Source: an uncultured Candidatus Binatia bacterium (GTDB taxonomy: Bacteria > Desulfobacterota > Binatia > UBA9968 > JAJDTQ01). From it: DNA of 64,000 nucleotides. Of the stretch, positions 28,364-37,508 are shown in pieces. The notes beneath the pieces were generated by a model that saw nothing but the letters and a program-made list of their open reading frames with translations, was not told the origin of the DNA and made no database searches. Numbering within the stretch: position 1 is the stretch's first letter; the number at the start of each line of letters is the position of its first letter. The DNA lies in NCBI GenBank assembly GCA_965242525.1, contig OZ251459.1, positions 1,920,001 to 1,984,000 on the forward strand. Direction: 5' to 3'. The translations under genes and the position numbers were made by a program.

Positions 28364-30472
28364 TCAGATCTCCATGACCAGGTTCAGGTAGGGGTCCACC
28401 GTGACGCGCGCTCCGGGGGGCACCGGGACGGTGGTGAAGGGGAGCTCCAGGATGGCCGGACCCGCGATCTCGTTGCCTGCCTTGAGAAGGGCGTCGTCAT
28501 ATACCGGGGTCTCGATGAACCGCCGTTCCGGCCGGGTGAAGTAAACGCCCCGCTTGCCCTTGACCGCCTGGGCGCCGTCGCCCTTCTCCACCGGCTGCGC
28601 CTTCAGTTCCGGCTTGGTCACCAACCCCACCGCGTCCACCCGGATGGCGCTGATCTCGATGCCGGCCTTGGTGTAGCCGGCGCCCACGCCGTAGAGCTCC
28701 TCGTATTTCTTCTCGAACATTTCCTGCAGCTCGTGCAGGCGCGCGTCCGTGAATCGGTCCCACGTCAACGGGATCTCCACGCCCGCGGTCTGCCGGCGGT
28801 AGCGCATGGTGAAGAACCGGCGGAACTCCACCTGGTCGGACGGGAAGCCCTCCGCGGTCATGGCCTCCCCCAACTCCTTCTCGATGGCGTCCAGCCTCTG
28901 GTTCGGTCCGGCAGGCTCGGTGGGCAGGATGTACTGGCAGGTCATGACGCGGGTGTGGATGACGTCGGCCGCAGCCACCCCGAAGGCCGAGAACACCGGC
29001 GAGGTGGGGAAGATGTAGATCTTGTGGATTCCCAGCTCGGCCGAGAAGCCTGCGGAATGGACCGGGCCGGCGCCGCCGAAGGCATAGATCACGAACTCCT
29101 CCGGCAGGTAACCGGTGCGCACCACCTGCTGGCGGATGAGGTCCGACATCTTGCTGTTGACGATGTCATAGACGCCCGCGGCCGCCTCCACGTTGCTCAG
29201 GCCCAACGGCTTGGCGATCTTCTCCTCCAGCACCTTGGCGGCCTTCTCCTTGTTGAGGGACTTGCGTCCGCCGAGGAAATAGTCGGGATCGATGATGCCC
29301 AGGATCAGGTCGCAGTCCGTCACCGTCACTTCCTCGCCGCCGGCGTCGTAGCAGACCGGCCCCGGGCTGGCGCCCGCGCTCTGGGGACCCACCAGGAGCC
29401 GGCCGGTCTCGTCGTCCACCCGGGCGATGGTGCCGCCGCCGGCGCCGATGGACTGGATGTCGATGATGGGTTGCAGCATCCGGAAACGCTCCACGATGGG
29501 CTCCGCGGCGTAACGCCAATAGCCTTCCGTGATGAGGCCCACGTCGAAGCTCGTGCCCCCCATGTCCGCGGTGATCACGTTGGGATGCCCCAGCAGACCG
29601 GCCACGTAGGCCGAAGCGATGGCGCCGCCGGCCGGACCGGACTGGAGGTTGGACACCGGGGTGGCGTGCATGCGGTGGGCCACGCCGCCGTTCCCCTGCA
29701 TGATCAGGAAGGGTCCCTCCAGGCCCCCCTCCTCCAACCGGGTCTGGAGGCCGCCGAGATAGCGGTCGACGGTGGGGCCCAGGAAGCTGTTGATGATGGC
29801 GGTGTTGGCGCGCGCGTACTCGCCGGCCACCTGGGCCAGCTCGCTGCCGAAGGACCAGAACACCTTGCGCGACGGGTCCGCCTCCAGGGCCAGCGCCCGC
29901 ACGTCGTCTTCGTGTTTCGAGTTGGCCCAGGCGTGGAGGAAGCTCACCGCGATGGCCTCGCAACCCTCTTCGTCCACGAGCTCGCGGATGGCGTCCATCA
30001 CGTCCTGCCGGGACAGGGGCACGATCACCTCGCCGCGGTAGTCGATGCGTTCGCGGACCCCCAGGACCCTCTCCCTGGGAACCAGCGGCTCGGGCTTGGT
30101 GACCCAGGTGGCGTGGCGGATCTCCTCTTCGGAGAGGCCGTCCACCCGCCCGATGGCGCGCATGATCTCCGTCGTGTCCTCGAACCCCCGGGTGGTGATG
30201 AAGCCCACCTTGACCCCCGTGCGGGTAATCAGGGCGTTGGTGGCGACGGTGCTGCCGTGCTTGAACAGGACCGCCTGTCCCAGGAGGTCGGAACGGTCCA
30301 CTTCCACCACGCGGGCGGCCTCGGTGAGGGCGTCCATGACGCCGCGGGAGAACTCGTCCGGCGTGGTCGAAGCCTTCGCGGTCCACACCTCCCCGCTCCG
30401 GGACATGACCACCACGTCGGTAAAGGTCCCGCCCGTGTCGATGCCGATGATGTACTCTTTCGCTTCCGCCAT
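28364..30472 (-). CDS. Hydantoinase A/oxoprolinase family ATP-binding subunit
   Basis: GIDTGGTFTD, HGSTVATNA, SGPAGG, DMGGTSFDV, IGAGGG, GPVCYD, FGGAGPVH. Confidence 0.92.
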   Translation of the reverse strand: MAEAKEYIIGIDTGGTFTDVVVMSRSGEVWTAKASTTPDEFSRGVMDALTEAARVVEVDRSDLLGQAVLFKHGSTVATNALITRTGVKVGFITTRGFEDTTEIMRAIGRVDGLSEEEIRHATWVTKPEPLVPRERVLGVRERIDYRGEVIVPLSRQDVMDAIRELVDEEGCEAIAVSFLHAWANSKHEDDVRALALEADPSRKVFWSFGSELAQVAGEYARANTAIINSFLGPTVDRYLGGLQTRLEEGGLEGPFLIMQGNGGVAHRMHATPVSNLQSGPAGGAIASAYVAGLLGHPNVITADMGGTSFDVGLITEGYWRYAAEPIVERFRMLQPIIDIQSIGAGGGTIARVDDETGRLLVGPQSAGASPGPVCYDAGGEEVTVTDCDLILGIIDPDYFLGGRKSLNKEKAAKVLEEKIAKPLGLSNVEAAAGVYDIVNSKMSDLIRQQVVRTGYLPEEFVIYAFGGAGPVHSAGFSAELGIHKIYIFPTSPVFSAFGVAAADVIHTRVMTCQYILPTEPAGPNQRLDAIEKELGEAMTAEGFPSDQVEFRRFFTMRYRRQTAGVEIPLTWDRFTDARLHELQEMFEKKYEELYGVGAGYTKAGIEISAIRVDAVGLVTKPELKAQPVEKGDGAQAVKGKRGVYFTRPERRFIETPVYDDALLKAGNEIAGPAILELPFTTVPVPPGARVTVDPYLNLVMEI

Positions 30473-30711
30473 GCCTTTCCTTCCTCCTGATCCCGAACTC
30501 GACCCCGTCACCCTGCGCCGCCCCGGCCGGGACGCGCCGAAGATACTAGCTAGCGCGTCCGGCCAGCGGATTCAAGGGGCGGCTTGGCGGTACAGGACGT
30601 CAAGGCCGAACGGACCGGCGAACGCCGGTCTTCGTCCGCGGCGTCAGCGGTTCGAGGCGTCCCGGGCGGCGTGCGGCGGACTGCGCCTGCCGGGGCTGGG
30701 CTGCCGCCACG

Positions 30712-31023
30712 TCAGACGGTCGCCGGGTCGCGCCGGCCGATGTCGGACTTGGAGATGAAGTGCAGGAGGGGCCAGCCAGCGTCTTGTTCCAGGTCAGCGT
30801 CAGCATCCAGCCCCGAATGCACGTCGTCCTTCACGAGCAACAGGCCGGCGGGGTTCAGTTGTTCGTACTTGCCCTTGTAGATGATTTTGATGTCAACGAT
30901 GGGGTCCTCGTCGATGCCCAACCCGGGCTTCACGTTGATCCTGACGATCTCGACGCTGCCGAAATGGCGCTTGAAGGCCTCTTCGGCAATCTTGCGTATC
31001 TTCTGTATTTTCGGTTCGTCCAT
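30712..31023 (-). CDS. Small hypothetical protein, possibly an MNT-like antitoxin
   Basis: ATG preceded by GGGAGG; acidic GIDEDPIVDI segment and terminal PLLHFISKSD; lies next to a HEPN-like remnant. Confidence 0.6.
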   Translation of the reverse strand: MDEPKIQKIRKIAEEAFKRHFGSVEIVRINVKPGLGIDEDPIVDIKIIYKGKYEQLNPAGLLLVKDDVHSGLDADADLEQDAGWPLLHFISKSDIGRRDPATV

Positions 31024-31036
31024 CTCGAACCTCCCA

Positions 31037-31113
31037 TCATGGCCGTCGCTTGAAGAGCACATGGGCGGCGAAACTGCGCGGGCCTTGATATCCGCCTGCA
31101 TCGCTCGTCCGGC
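31037..31113 (-). pseudogene. Internally deleted HEPN-like gene remnant
   Basis: AGRAMQADIK (compare GRPRQADLRRAVS) joined out of frame to RSFAAHVLFKRRP*. Confidence 0.4.
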
Positions 31114-31165
31114 ATGACGCTGTGCGGAGGATATGCCCTTACAACGCGATGGAAGCCAAGCAAGC

Positions 31166-31408
31166 TCAACGATACGCCTCCCGCCGGTGCAGTACGCGAA
31201 CGACAACGATGTCGTTTTCCTGTCGGAAGATTACCCGCCAGTTTCCCACCCGCAGTCGGAACCGGCCGCGCCATTGGCCGCCGAGGGCGCGCACGTCGCC
31301 CACGCCGCTCGCGGCAAAACGATCCACTGCATCCAGCACCCGTTTCCGGTCCTCGATCGGTAGGTCTTCCATGTCCTTGGCGGCGCGATGGGTGTAACGG
31401 GCCGTCAC
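31166..31408 (-). CDS. RelE/ParE family toxin
   Basis: GDVRALGG, FRLRVGNWRVIF, VRVLHRREAYR; GTGA overlap with the upstream gene. Confidence 0.9.
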   Translation of the reverse strand: MTARYTHRAAKDMEDLPIEDRKRVLDAVDRFAASGVGDVRALGGQWRGRFRLRVGNWRVIFRQENDIVVVRVLHRREAYR

Positions 31409-31674
31409 AGTCCAAGGTGAGCACGAAGCTCGGCCGCGGTGACGGTCTGCCCGGCCTCGAAGTCGCGCTCCCCTTCCTCGATCGCTTCCGCTTCGCGAGC
31501 CGTGACCGGTTCATCGTCCGTCGGCGCCTTGGCCAGTGCCTCTGCTGCCGGCCCGGAACGCGACAGCGCGGACAATCCGGCGAGCACCCGGCCGGCCGTC
31601 TCCAACTCCTCGTCTGGCAGCATGTCCACTAGCTGGTGGATCTGTTCCCTTGCAGGCATGATCGTGTCCTCCAT
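31405..31674 (-). CDS. Antitoxin paired with the RelE-like toxin
   Basis: Small acidic protein (REQIHQLVDMLPDEEL, APTDDEPVT, AIEEGERDFEAG) coupled to the toxin gene. Confidence 0.8.
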   Translation of the reverse strand: MEDTIMPAREQIHQLVDMLPDEELETAGRVLAGLSALSRSGPAAEALAKAPTDDEPVTAREAEAIEEGERDFEAGQTVTAAELRAHLGL

Positions 31675-31735
31675 GTCCGGGAACCCATTTCCATAGGGAA
31701 GCCGCGCAAGTCGCCATCAAACCGGGAGAACCTGC

Positions 31736-31741
31736 ATTATA
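31736..31741 (-). promoter_or_regulatory. -10 box (TATAAT) of the TA operon
   Basis: Perfect TATAAT about 60 nt upstream of the antitoxin start. Confidence 0.45.
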
Positions 31742-31780
31742 CCCTTTTTCGGAGGGCATGACGCAACGGCCCGCAGCGCC

Positions 31781-32521
31781 TCAGTTCATCACCAGGCCGC
31801 CGTTGACGTGGAGGGTGTAGCCGGTGATGTAGGTGTTCTGCGGGCCCACCAGGAAGTAGAAACCTTCGGCGGCGTCCTCGGGCTGGCCGGTGCGGCCCAG
31901 GGGAATCAGCGGTTTCCATTTCTCGCGCTGTTCCGGGGTGGACTTGGCCAGCACCCGCGGCGTATCCGTGGGGCCCGGGGCCACGGCGTTGACGAGGATG
32001 CCGTAGGGGGCCAGTTCCTGGGCCAGGGACTTGGTGAAGCCGATGACGCCGGCCTTGGCCGCGGAGTAGGGGGTGCGCAGGGCGCAGCCGGTGAACCCGT
32101 AGTTGGAGGCGGTGTTGACGATGCGGCCGCTTCGCCTTTCCATCATGGCCGGCGCCACTTCGCGGCAGAAGAGGAAGGTCCCCTTCAGGTTGACGTCCAT
32201 GACCTCCCGCCATTCCGCCCAGGACAGGTCCTCCACCGCCTTCACGTGGATGGTCCCCCCGGCCAGGTTGGCGAGGAAGTCCACGGGACCGAGGTCCCGG
32301 CGCACGCGCGCCGCCACGTCCCTGACCTCCGCGGCCCGGGTGACGTCCACCTCGTAGGCCCGGGCTTGCGCCCCCGCACGGGCCAGCTCTCCCGCGACCC
32401 GCTCTGCGCCTTCCCGGTCCGCGTCGGCAATGGCCACGGCGATTCCCGCCCGGGCGAACCGCAACGCCACGCAACGTCCGATGCCGTTGGCGCCGCCGCT
32501 GACGATAGCCACCTCGCTCAA
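31781..32521 (-). CDS. SDR family oxidoreductase (FabG-like)
   Basis: SGGANGIG, NLKGTF, YSAAKAG (YxxxK), NAVAPG. Confidence 0.92.
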   Translation of the reverse strand: MSEVAIVSGGANGIGRCVALRFARAGIAVAIADADREGAERVAGELARAGAQARAYEVDVTRAAEVRDVAARVRRDLGPVDFLANLAGGTIHVKAVEDLSWAEWREVMDVNLKGTFLFCREVAPAMMERRSGRIVNTASNYGFTGCALRTPYSAAKAGVIGFTKSLAQELAPYGILVNAVAPGPTDTPRVLAKSTPEQREKWKPLIPLGRTGQPEDAAEGFYFLVGPQNTYITGYTLHVNGGLVMN

Positions 32522-32566
32522 CTCAGTCTCCTTCCCGTGACGGCGCCGGGCCGCGCCGGAAGCGGA

Positions 32567-33949
32567 TCAGAGGAAGTCCTCCAACCGGACCTGGCCCGCC
32601 CCCATGGGTTGCAGGCGCTCGAACTCGAACCGCCGGGCGGGGTCGCACTCCGGCGGCTTGGTGGCGTCGATCATCACCTTGCCGCCTACCCGGTGCCAGC
32701 CCGGCGCCCCGGGGGCGCCCACCTCTTGGCACGAAGGGTCCATGGCGTGGACCCTGGCCCCGGGTATGGTGATGATGTCCTCCGCCGGGTTCACCCGCGT
32801 GGAGACGGCCCACAGCACGTCCGCGTAGTTGAATATGTCCACGTCCTCGTCCACCGCGATGGCCACCTTGGGGTGCTGGTACTCGCTCGACAGGGCGGCC
32901 ATGAGCACGTTCCTGGCCTCGCCGTAATAGCGGGCGTTCATCTGCACGACCACGCCGAAGATCCCCGGCAGCACCAGCACGTTCCGCACCTGGGCGCCGC
33001 CGCCGACGCTCCGTATGCGCCGGAGTATCTGCGCCGACATGGGCACCTTGTGATAGACGCACCCCTCCACCTCGGCGCCGTTCTGGATGTTCTTGAATAT
33101 GGCGTCGCCCCGCATGGTCATGGCGTCGATCCGGAACACCGGGTTCTGCCCCGCTCCCGCCAAGTAGTAGTCCTGGAACTCGCTGAAGGGGCCTTCCTCC
33201 TCCCGCACGTTGGGCAGGATCTCCCCTTCCAGCACCACCTCCGCCTGGGCCGGCGCCTCCATGTCGATGGTCTCGCACTTGACCATCTCCACTTCTTCCT
33301 GCAGCAACGCCGACGCGATGGCGAGCTCGTCCGTGCCGTAGTCCGTGCTGGTGGCCGCGGCAAAGTAGTACATGGGGTGGTGGCCGATCATCACCGCCAC
33401 CGGCATGCCCTCGCCCCTGGCCTCGTGCTTCCGGTAGTTGGCCCAACTGTGCCGCGGATAGAGCAGGATGCCGGTCTTGCGCGGCCCCTTCATCTGGAGG
33501 CGGTGGAAGCTCAGGTTGCGGCGCCCGGTGTCCGGGTCCTTGGAGACCACCAACCCCGCGGAGATGAACGGGCCGCCGTCCCGGACGCCGCACTGGTGGA
33601 TGGGCAGGGTGGTGATGTCCACCTGGTCGCCCGTGAACACCCGCTCCTTGACCGGTCCCGAGGACACCAGCCGGGTGGAGCCGCCCTTTCCGGTGCGCCG
33701 GACGAACTCCGGCACCATCTCGTCGCGGTCGCAGCCGAAGGCTAGCGGCGCCAGCCGGACATCCCCCGGCGCCTGCCCGAGGCAACGCCACCCCGGGAAA
33801 CCCTCCAAGTTATCGAACAGCAGCGCCCGTTCCCGGGACTGCCACAAGAGCGCGCCCATCTGCGTCCGCGGGTCCACCGGCTTGGAGACGGTGTCGAGCA
33901 GGCCTGCGCCGCGCAACTGGTCGATCCAGGTGCGTATGTCCTTCTTCAT
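32567..33949 (-). CDS. UbiD family (de)carboxylase
   Basis: DGGPFISAG, RNLSFHRLQ, EEGPFSEF, AVDEDVDIFN, GGKVMIDATKP. Confidence 0.92.
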   Translation of the reverse strand: MKKDIRTWIDQLRGAGLLDTVSKPVDPRTQMGALLWQSRERALLFDNLEGFPGWRCLGQAPGDVRLAPLAFGCDRDEMVPEFVRRTGKGGSTRLVSSGPVKERVFTGDQVDITTLPIHQCGVRDGGPFISAGLVVSKDPDTGRRNLSFHRLQMKGPRKTGILLYPRHSWANYRKHEARGEGMPVAVMIGHHPMYYFAAATSTDYGTDELAIASALLQEEVEMVKCETIDMEAPAQAEVVLEGEILPNVREEEGPFSEFQDYYLAGAGQNPVFRIDAMTMRGDAIFKNIQNGAEVEGCVYHKVPMSAQILRRIRSVGGGAQVRNVLVLPGIFGVVVQMNARYYGEARNVLMAALSSEYQHPKVAIAVDEDVDIFNYADVLWAVSTRVNPAEDIITIPGARVHAMDPSCQEVGAPGAPGWHRVGGKVMIDATKPPECDPARRFEFERLQPMGAGQVRLEDFL

Positions 33950-34031
33950 GGGGCTGTCCCGATGTTCCGAGGCGGGTCCGAACCCGTGGTCCGGCGCAGG
34001 GACGCTCCGGACCACGGGCGGGTCGGTCGGG

Positions 34032-35129
34032 CTATTTCGTCTTGCGCGCCTGGAGCGCGGGGATGTACTCGTTCTTGAGGTAGTCCCATCCCGGCGAAGG
34101 CCGGAGCATGGTCCGGACGATCTTGTCCACGTCCGCGCCGCGGAAGTAGTCCAGCTTGAGGCCGAAGATCCGCTCCCACTCCTCGATGTACGCCGGGTCG
34201 GAGTACATCTTGTCGAAAGCCGCCCGGATGGCGGCCACGCGGTCCAGGGGCGTGCCGGGAGGCATCACCAGGGTCCGGTTCAGCGTCCGCATGGTGGGTC
34301 CCGTCAGCTTGTAGGCTTCCCACGCGGGACCCGAGGGGGCCTCGCCCTTTACCTGCTCATAGACTTCCTCGAAGGTCGGGATGTCCGTGCCCGGCGAGCG
34401 CACGACCTTGCCGTCCGGGGTCAACACTCCGCCCTGCCAGATGACCACCGCCACGCCTTCCTTGATGGGTCCGTAGTAGCGTCCGCCGGTGCCGAGCACG
34501 TGATGGAGCCCGGTGCCCCCCACGTAGGAGACCTCCCCGGACAGGAACGCCAGGGCCATCTGGGCCGTGCCCGGGTATCCCACCGCGTAGCTGTAACCCT
34601 TGATGCCCAGCAGGTCGAGGCCGATCACGTCGTTCAGGAACGACGGGCCGGTGATGGAGCGTCCGGAAATCGCGATCTTCGTCGGGTCGATCCTGGTCAG
34701 CTCCACGCCGGTCCTGACCTCGAGGAAATCCCGGACGATGGCCGCGGAAGCGCCGCTGGTGCCGAAGATCGCCGGCATCTTCATCAAGTCGTAGTTCGGC
34801 CTGGGGTCGTTCAGGGCCTGGCTGCCCAGGTGGGAGGTGCCCATGATGGACCAGGTGAGGCCGTCCTTCTTCGCCTTGTTGGCCACGTAGGCGCCATGGA
34901 TGAGACCCGCCGCCCCGGGCATGTTGATCTTGACGACCTTCCTGGGCATGCCCGGAAGGTACTTGCCGATGGAGCGGGCGATCAACCGGCCTTCCGTGTC
35001 GTGCCCTCCACCGGGAGAGTATCCGGAGAGTATCCGGATCCGCTTGCCTTCGGTAAACGCCTGGGCGGAACCCTGGACCAGGAGCCAGAGCACCGCCAGG
35101 AGCACGAGGGAAACGCCGCGTTTCACCAT
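34032..35129 (-). CDS. Tripartite tricarboxylate transporter substrate-binding protein (TctC/Bug-like)
   Basis: Signal peptide, GYSPGGGHD, NMPGAAG, KKDGLT, GYPGT, MPPGTP. Confidence 0.85.
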   Translation of the reverse strand: MVKRGVSLVLLAVLWLLVQGSAQAFTEGKRIRILSGYSPGGGHDTEGRLIARSIGKYLPGMPRKVVKINMPGAAGLIHGAYVANKAKKDGLTWSIMGTSHLGSQALNDPRPNYDLMKMPAIFGTSGASAAIVRDFLEVRTGVELTRIDPTKIAISGRSITGPSFLNDVIGLDLLGIKGYSYAVGYPGTAQMALAFLSGEVSYVGGTGLHHVLGTGGRYYGPIKEGVAVVIWQGGVLTPDGKVVRSPGTDIPTFEEVYEQVKGEAPSGPAWEAYKLTGPTMRTLNRTLVMPPGTPLDRVAAIRAAFDKMYSDPAYIEEWERIFGLKLDYFRGADVDKIVRTMLRPSPGWDYLKNEYIPALQARKTK

Positions 35130-35168
35130 GAGATTCCTCCCTTCCGGGTTCGCTCGCTCCACGGGCTG

Positions 35169-36260
35169 CTAGGAACTCGCGAACTTGCGGAGATAAGCCT
35201 GCCATTCGGTGGGCGCCATGGTTTCGTCCCGGATCTTCTCCGCCTCTTCCGGCGTGACCAGGACAGGCGCCAGCTTCTGGCCGAACACCTTCTCCCAGTC
35301 CGCGACGAAGCCCGGGTCCGCGGCCATCTTCGCGACCCCCGCGCGCAGCTCCGCGACCTTGGCCTGCGGCGTGGACGGCGGCAGCACCAGGGTCCGGGTC
35401 AGCTTGGCCATGCCGAGGCCGATGGCGCGCCAGGACTCCCAGTCGAGGCCGGAGGGGTCCTTGCCGTGGACTTCCCGATAGACTTCCAACAGAGTCGGCA
35501 CGTCCCCCTCCACCGTATCGGAACGGACGATGCTCCCGTCCTCCTTGAGGATGCCGCTCTGCCACATGGGGAAGACCAGACCCCTCTTGTGCATATCGAC
35601 GAACGCGCCGCCGCCCACTAGGTGGGCGTCGCTGGCAACGAAGAAACTCGCCTCGTCCCGCTCCATGGCGGCCTTGATGGGCGACGTCCCCCGATAGGCG
35701 CAGACCGCCTTGAAGCCCTCCACCCCCAGGAGCTTCAAGGCCAACTGGCCGCGCAGACACGAGGACCCCTGCTTGGACCGGCCCGCCAGCACGACCCTGG
35801 AGCGATCCGTCCCGGCCATGAACTCCCTGGCGGTCTTCGCCCCGAGGAAGTCCCTGACGATATGGACCTGGATGCCTGCCACCGACCAGATGATCGGCAT
35901 CCTGGCCAAGTCGTACTTGACCATCTCCGGCGGCGCCAGCACCGCCTGGAGTCCGTGGCTGCTGCCGAACAGGCCGATGGTTCCCCCGTCCGGCTTGGCC
36001 CGGTTGAAGACGTAGCTCGACATGATCATGCCGCCGGCTCCGGGCATGTTCTGGACCAGGACCTTGGGGTTTCCCGGAAGGTATTGGCCCAGGTGCCGCG
36101 CCATGATGCGCGCTTCGAGGTCGTGTCCTCCCCCGGGCGGATAACCGATCAGGATCCGGACGTTCGCCGCCTGGGCCGTGGCCGTCCATCCGGCCAGGAG
36201 CGCACCGCAAAGCAACAACAGGAACCGTGTGCGCCAACGCGCCAGTCTTGGTCTCTCCAT
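35169..36260 (-). CDS. TctC/Bug-like substrate-binding protein (second copy)
   Basis: GYPPGGGHD, NMPGAGG, KPDGGT, YRGTS, LPPSTP. Confidence 0.85.
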   Translation of the reverse strand: MERPRLARWRTRFLLLLCGALLAGWTATAQAANVRILIGYPPGGGHDLEARIMARHLGQYLPGNPKVLVQNMPGAGGMIMSSYVFNRAKPDGGTIGLFGSSHGLQAVLAPPEMVKYDLARMPIIWSVAGIQVHIVRDFLGAKTAREFMAGTDRSRVVLAGRSKQGSSCLRGQLALKLLGVEGFKAVCAYRGTSPIKAAMERDEASFFVASDAHLVGGGAFVDMHKRGLVFPMWQSGILKEDGSIVRSDTVEGDVPTLLEVYREVHGKDPSGLDWESWRAIGLGMAKLTRTLVLPPSTPQAKVAELRAGVAKMAADPGFVADWEKVFGQKLAPVLVTPEEAEKIRDETMAPTEWQAYLRKFASS

Positions 36261-36445
36261 GACGTTTACTCCTTATCCGTGGACCGCTTCACCCCACCCG
36301 GTCCGGCCTCGAACGCAAACGGGCTGAGGACTCCAGTTGACCCGAGATCCTCAGCCCGTTCGATATCGGCCGGCCCCTTCCGGGAACCGGCCCGCGTCAC
36401 GAGTGTCGCTGGCACGAATCCAGGGACGCTCTCTCCGTGCGAAGC

Positions 36446-36856
36446 CTATTTCTTTTTCGCTTTCGGCTTGGGGATCGACATCTTGGCCGTGGCCAGGGTT
36501 TTCCCGTCACCGTCCACCAGCTCGACCGAGTAGTCGCCGGGCTTCAGCAGCCTCTTGAAGGTCCGTCCCCTGATGCTCCACACCGAGGCTACCGCGCCGT
36601 TGGCGTCTGCCTTCTCGAACGCCGGCTTGGCCAGAAAGCTCACGTCGGACAGTACGCCGCCCATCATGGTGCGGACGCCGACCTCCTGGCCCGGCTTCAG
36701 TCCCGATGCAAAGAGCAGCACCGGTCCGGCCTTCTTCAGCGTGCCGGGAGACACGTTGAACATGACGTCGCCCGCAACCGCCGTACCGATCGACGACAAC
36801 AGGAACAACGCCCCCAGGACTACCGCCATGCCGGCCAGCCTCTTCTTCGCAGCCAT
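36446..36856 (-). CDS. Hypothetical secreted beta-rich protein
   Basis: Signal peptide, basic protein, LKPGDYSVELV; preceded by SD AGGAGG. Confidence 0.7.
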   Translation of the reverse strand: MAAKKRLAGMAVVLGALFLLSSIGTAVAGDVMFNVSPGTLKKAGPVLLFASGLKPGQEVGVRTMMGGVLSDVSFLAKPAFEKADANGAVASVWSIRGRTFKRLLKPGDYSVELVDGDGKTLATAKMSIPKPKAKKK

Positions 36857-36909
36857 AAGCCACCTCCTTTGGGTTTGATTTTCCACTGATCCCAGACAGC
36901 TTCGACCCT

Positions 36910-36939
36910 TTTATACGTAAGCCCCGACGGGAATGTCAA
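36910..36939 (-). promoter_or_regulatory. Sigma70-type promoter
   Basis: TTGACA (36939-36934), 18-nt spacer, TATAAA (36915-36910); a second TTGACA at 36951-36946. Confidence 0.5.
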
Positions 36940-36971
36940 GAGCCTTGTCAAGCAAACTTTCCGCCCCCCGG

Positions 36972-37508
36972 TCAGATCGGAACCAGACCCGAAAGGTGCC
37001 TTTCCACCAGCCCCAGGATGAACTCCTGGGGCGCGTTCACCAGGCCCGGGGGCCAGGGGATGTGCAGCACCATCTCGAACACGCCGATCATGAACACCAC
37101 CATGACCACGGTGTAGACCACCGCGACCTTCCACGACTCGCCCGCCTGGAGGTACAGGTACAGGAGCAGGAAGAGGGGCACGCTCAGGATGAACCCGATG
37201 ACCCAGATGGACAGGTACAGGCCGAAGATCCATCCGAAGATGTTGGCCGCGCGTCGAATCACCACCGCCACGGGCACGCTGCGGTCCACCGGCAGGTCCA
37301 TCATGCCGGCCGCGTCTTCGCCGCCGTCCTTGCCGCGGAACAGGTCCAGCCCCAGTTGCAGGAAGCACAGGAGCATGGTGGGGATGCCGATGGTCCACGG
37401 GAACAGCCTCGCCTGGTACTGCCACTGCTTGGCGGTGGCCACCAGGGCCACCATCAACAACAGGATGAGGACCGTGAACAACGCGCCCGGGTTGGCCCTA
37501 AGCTTCAT
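36972..37508 (-). CDS. tctB: TctB family small membrane subunit
   Basis: ARLFPW, several TM helices, FEMVLHIPWPPG; downstream of tctA. Confidence 0.8.
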   Translation of the reverse strand: MKLRANPGALFTVLILLLMVALVATAKQWQYQARLFPWTIGIPTMLLCFLQLGLDLFRGKDGGEDAAGMMDLPVDRSVPVAVVIRRAANIFGWIFGLYLSIWVIGFILSVPLFLLLYLYLQAGESWKVAVVYTVVMVVFMIGVFEMVLHIPWPPGLVNAPQEFILGLVERHLSGLVPI

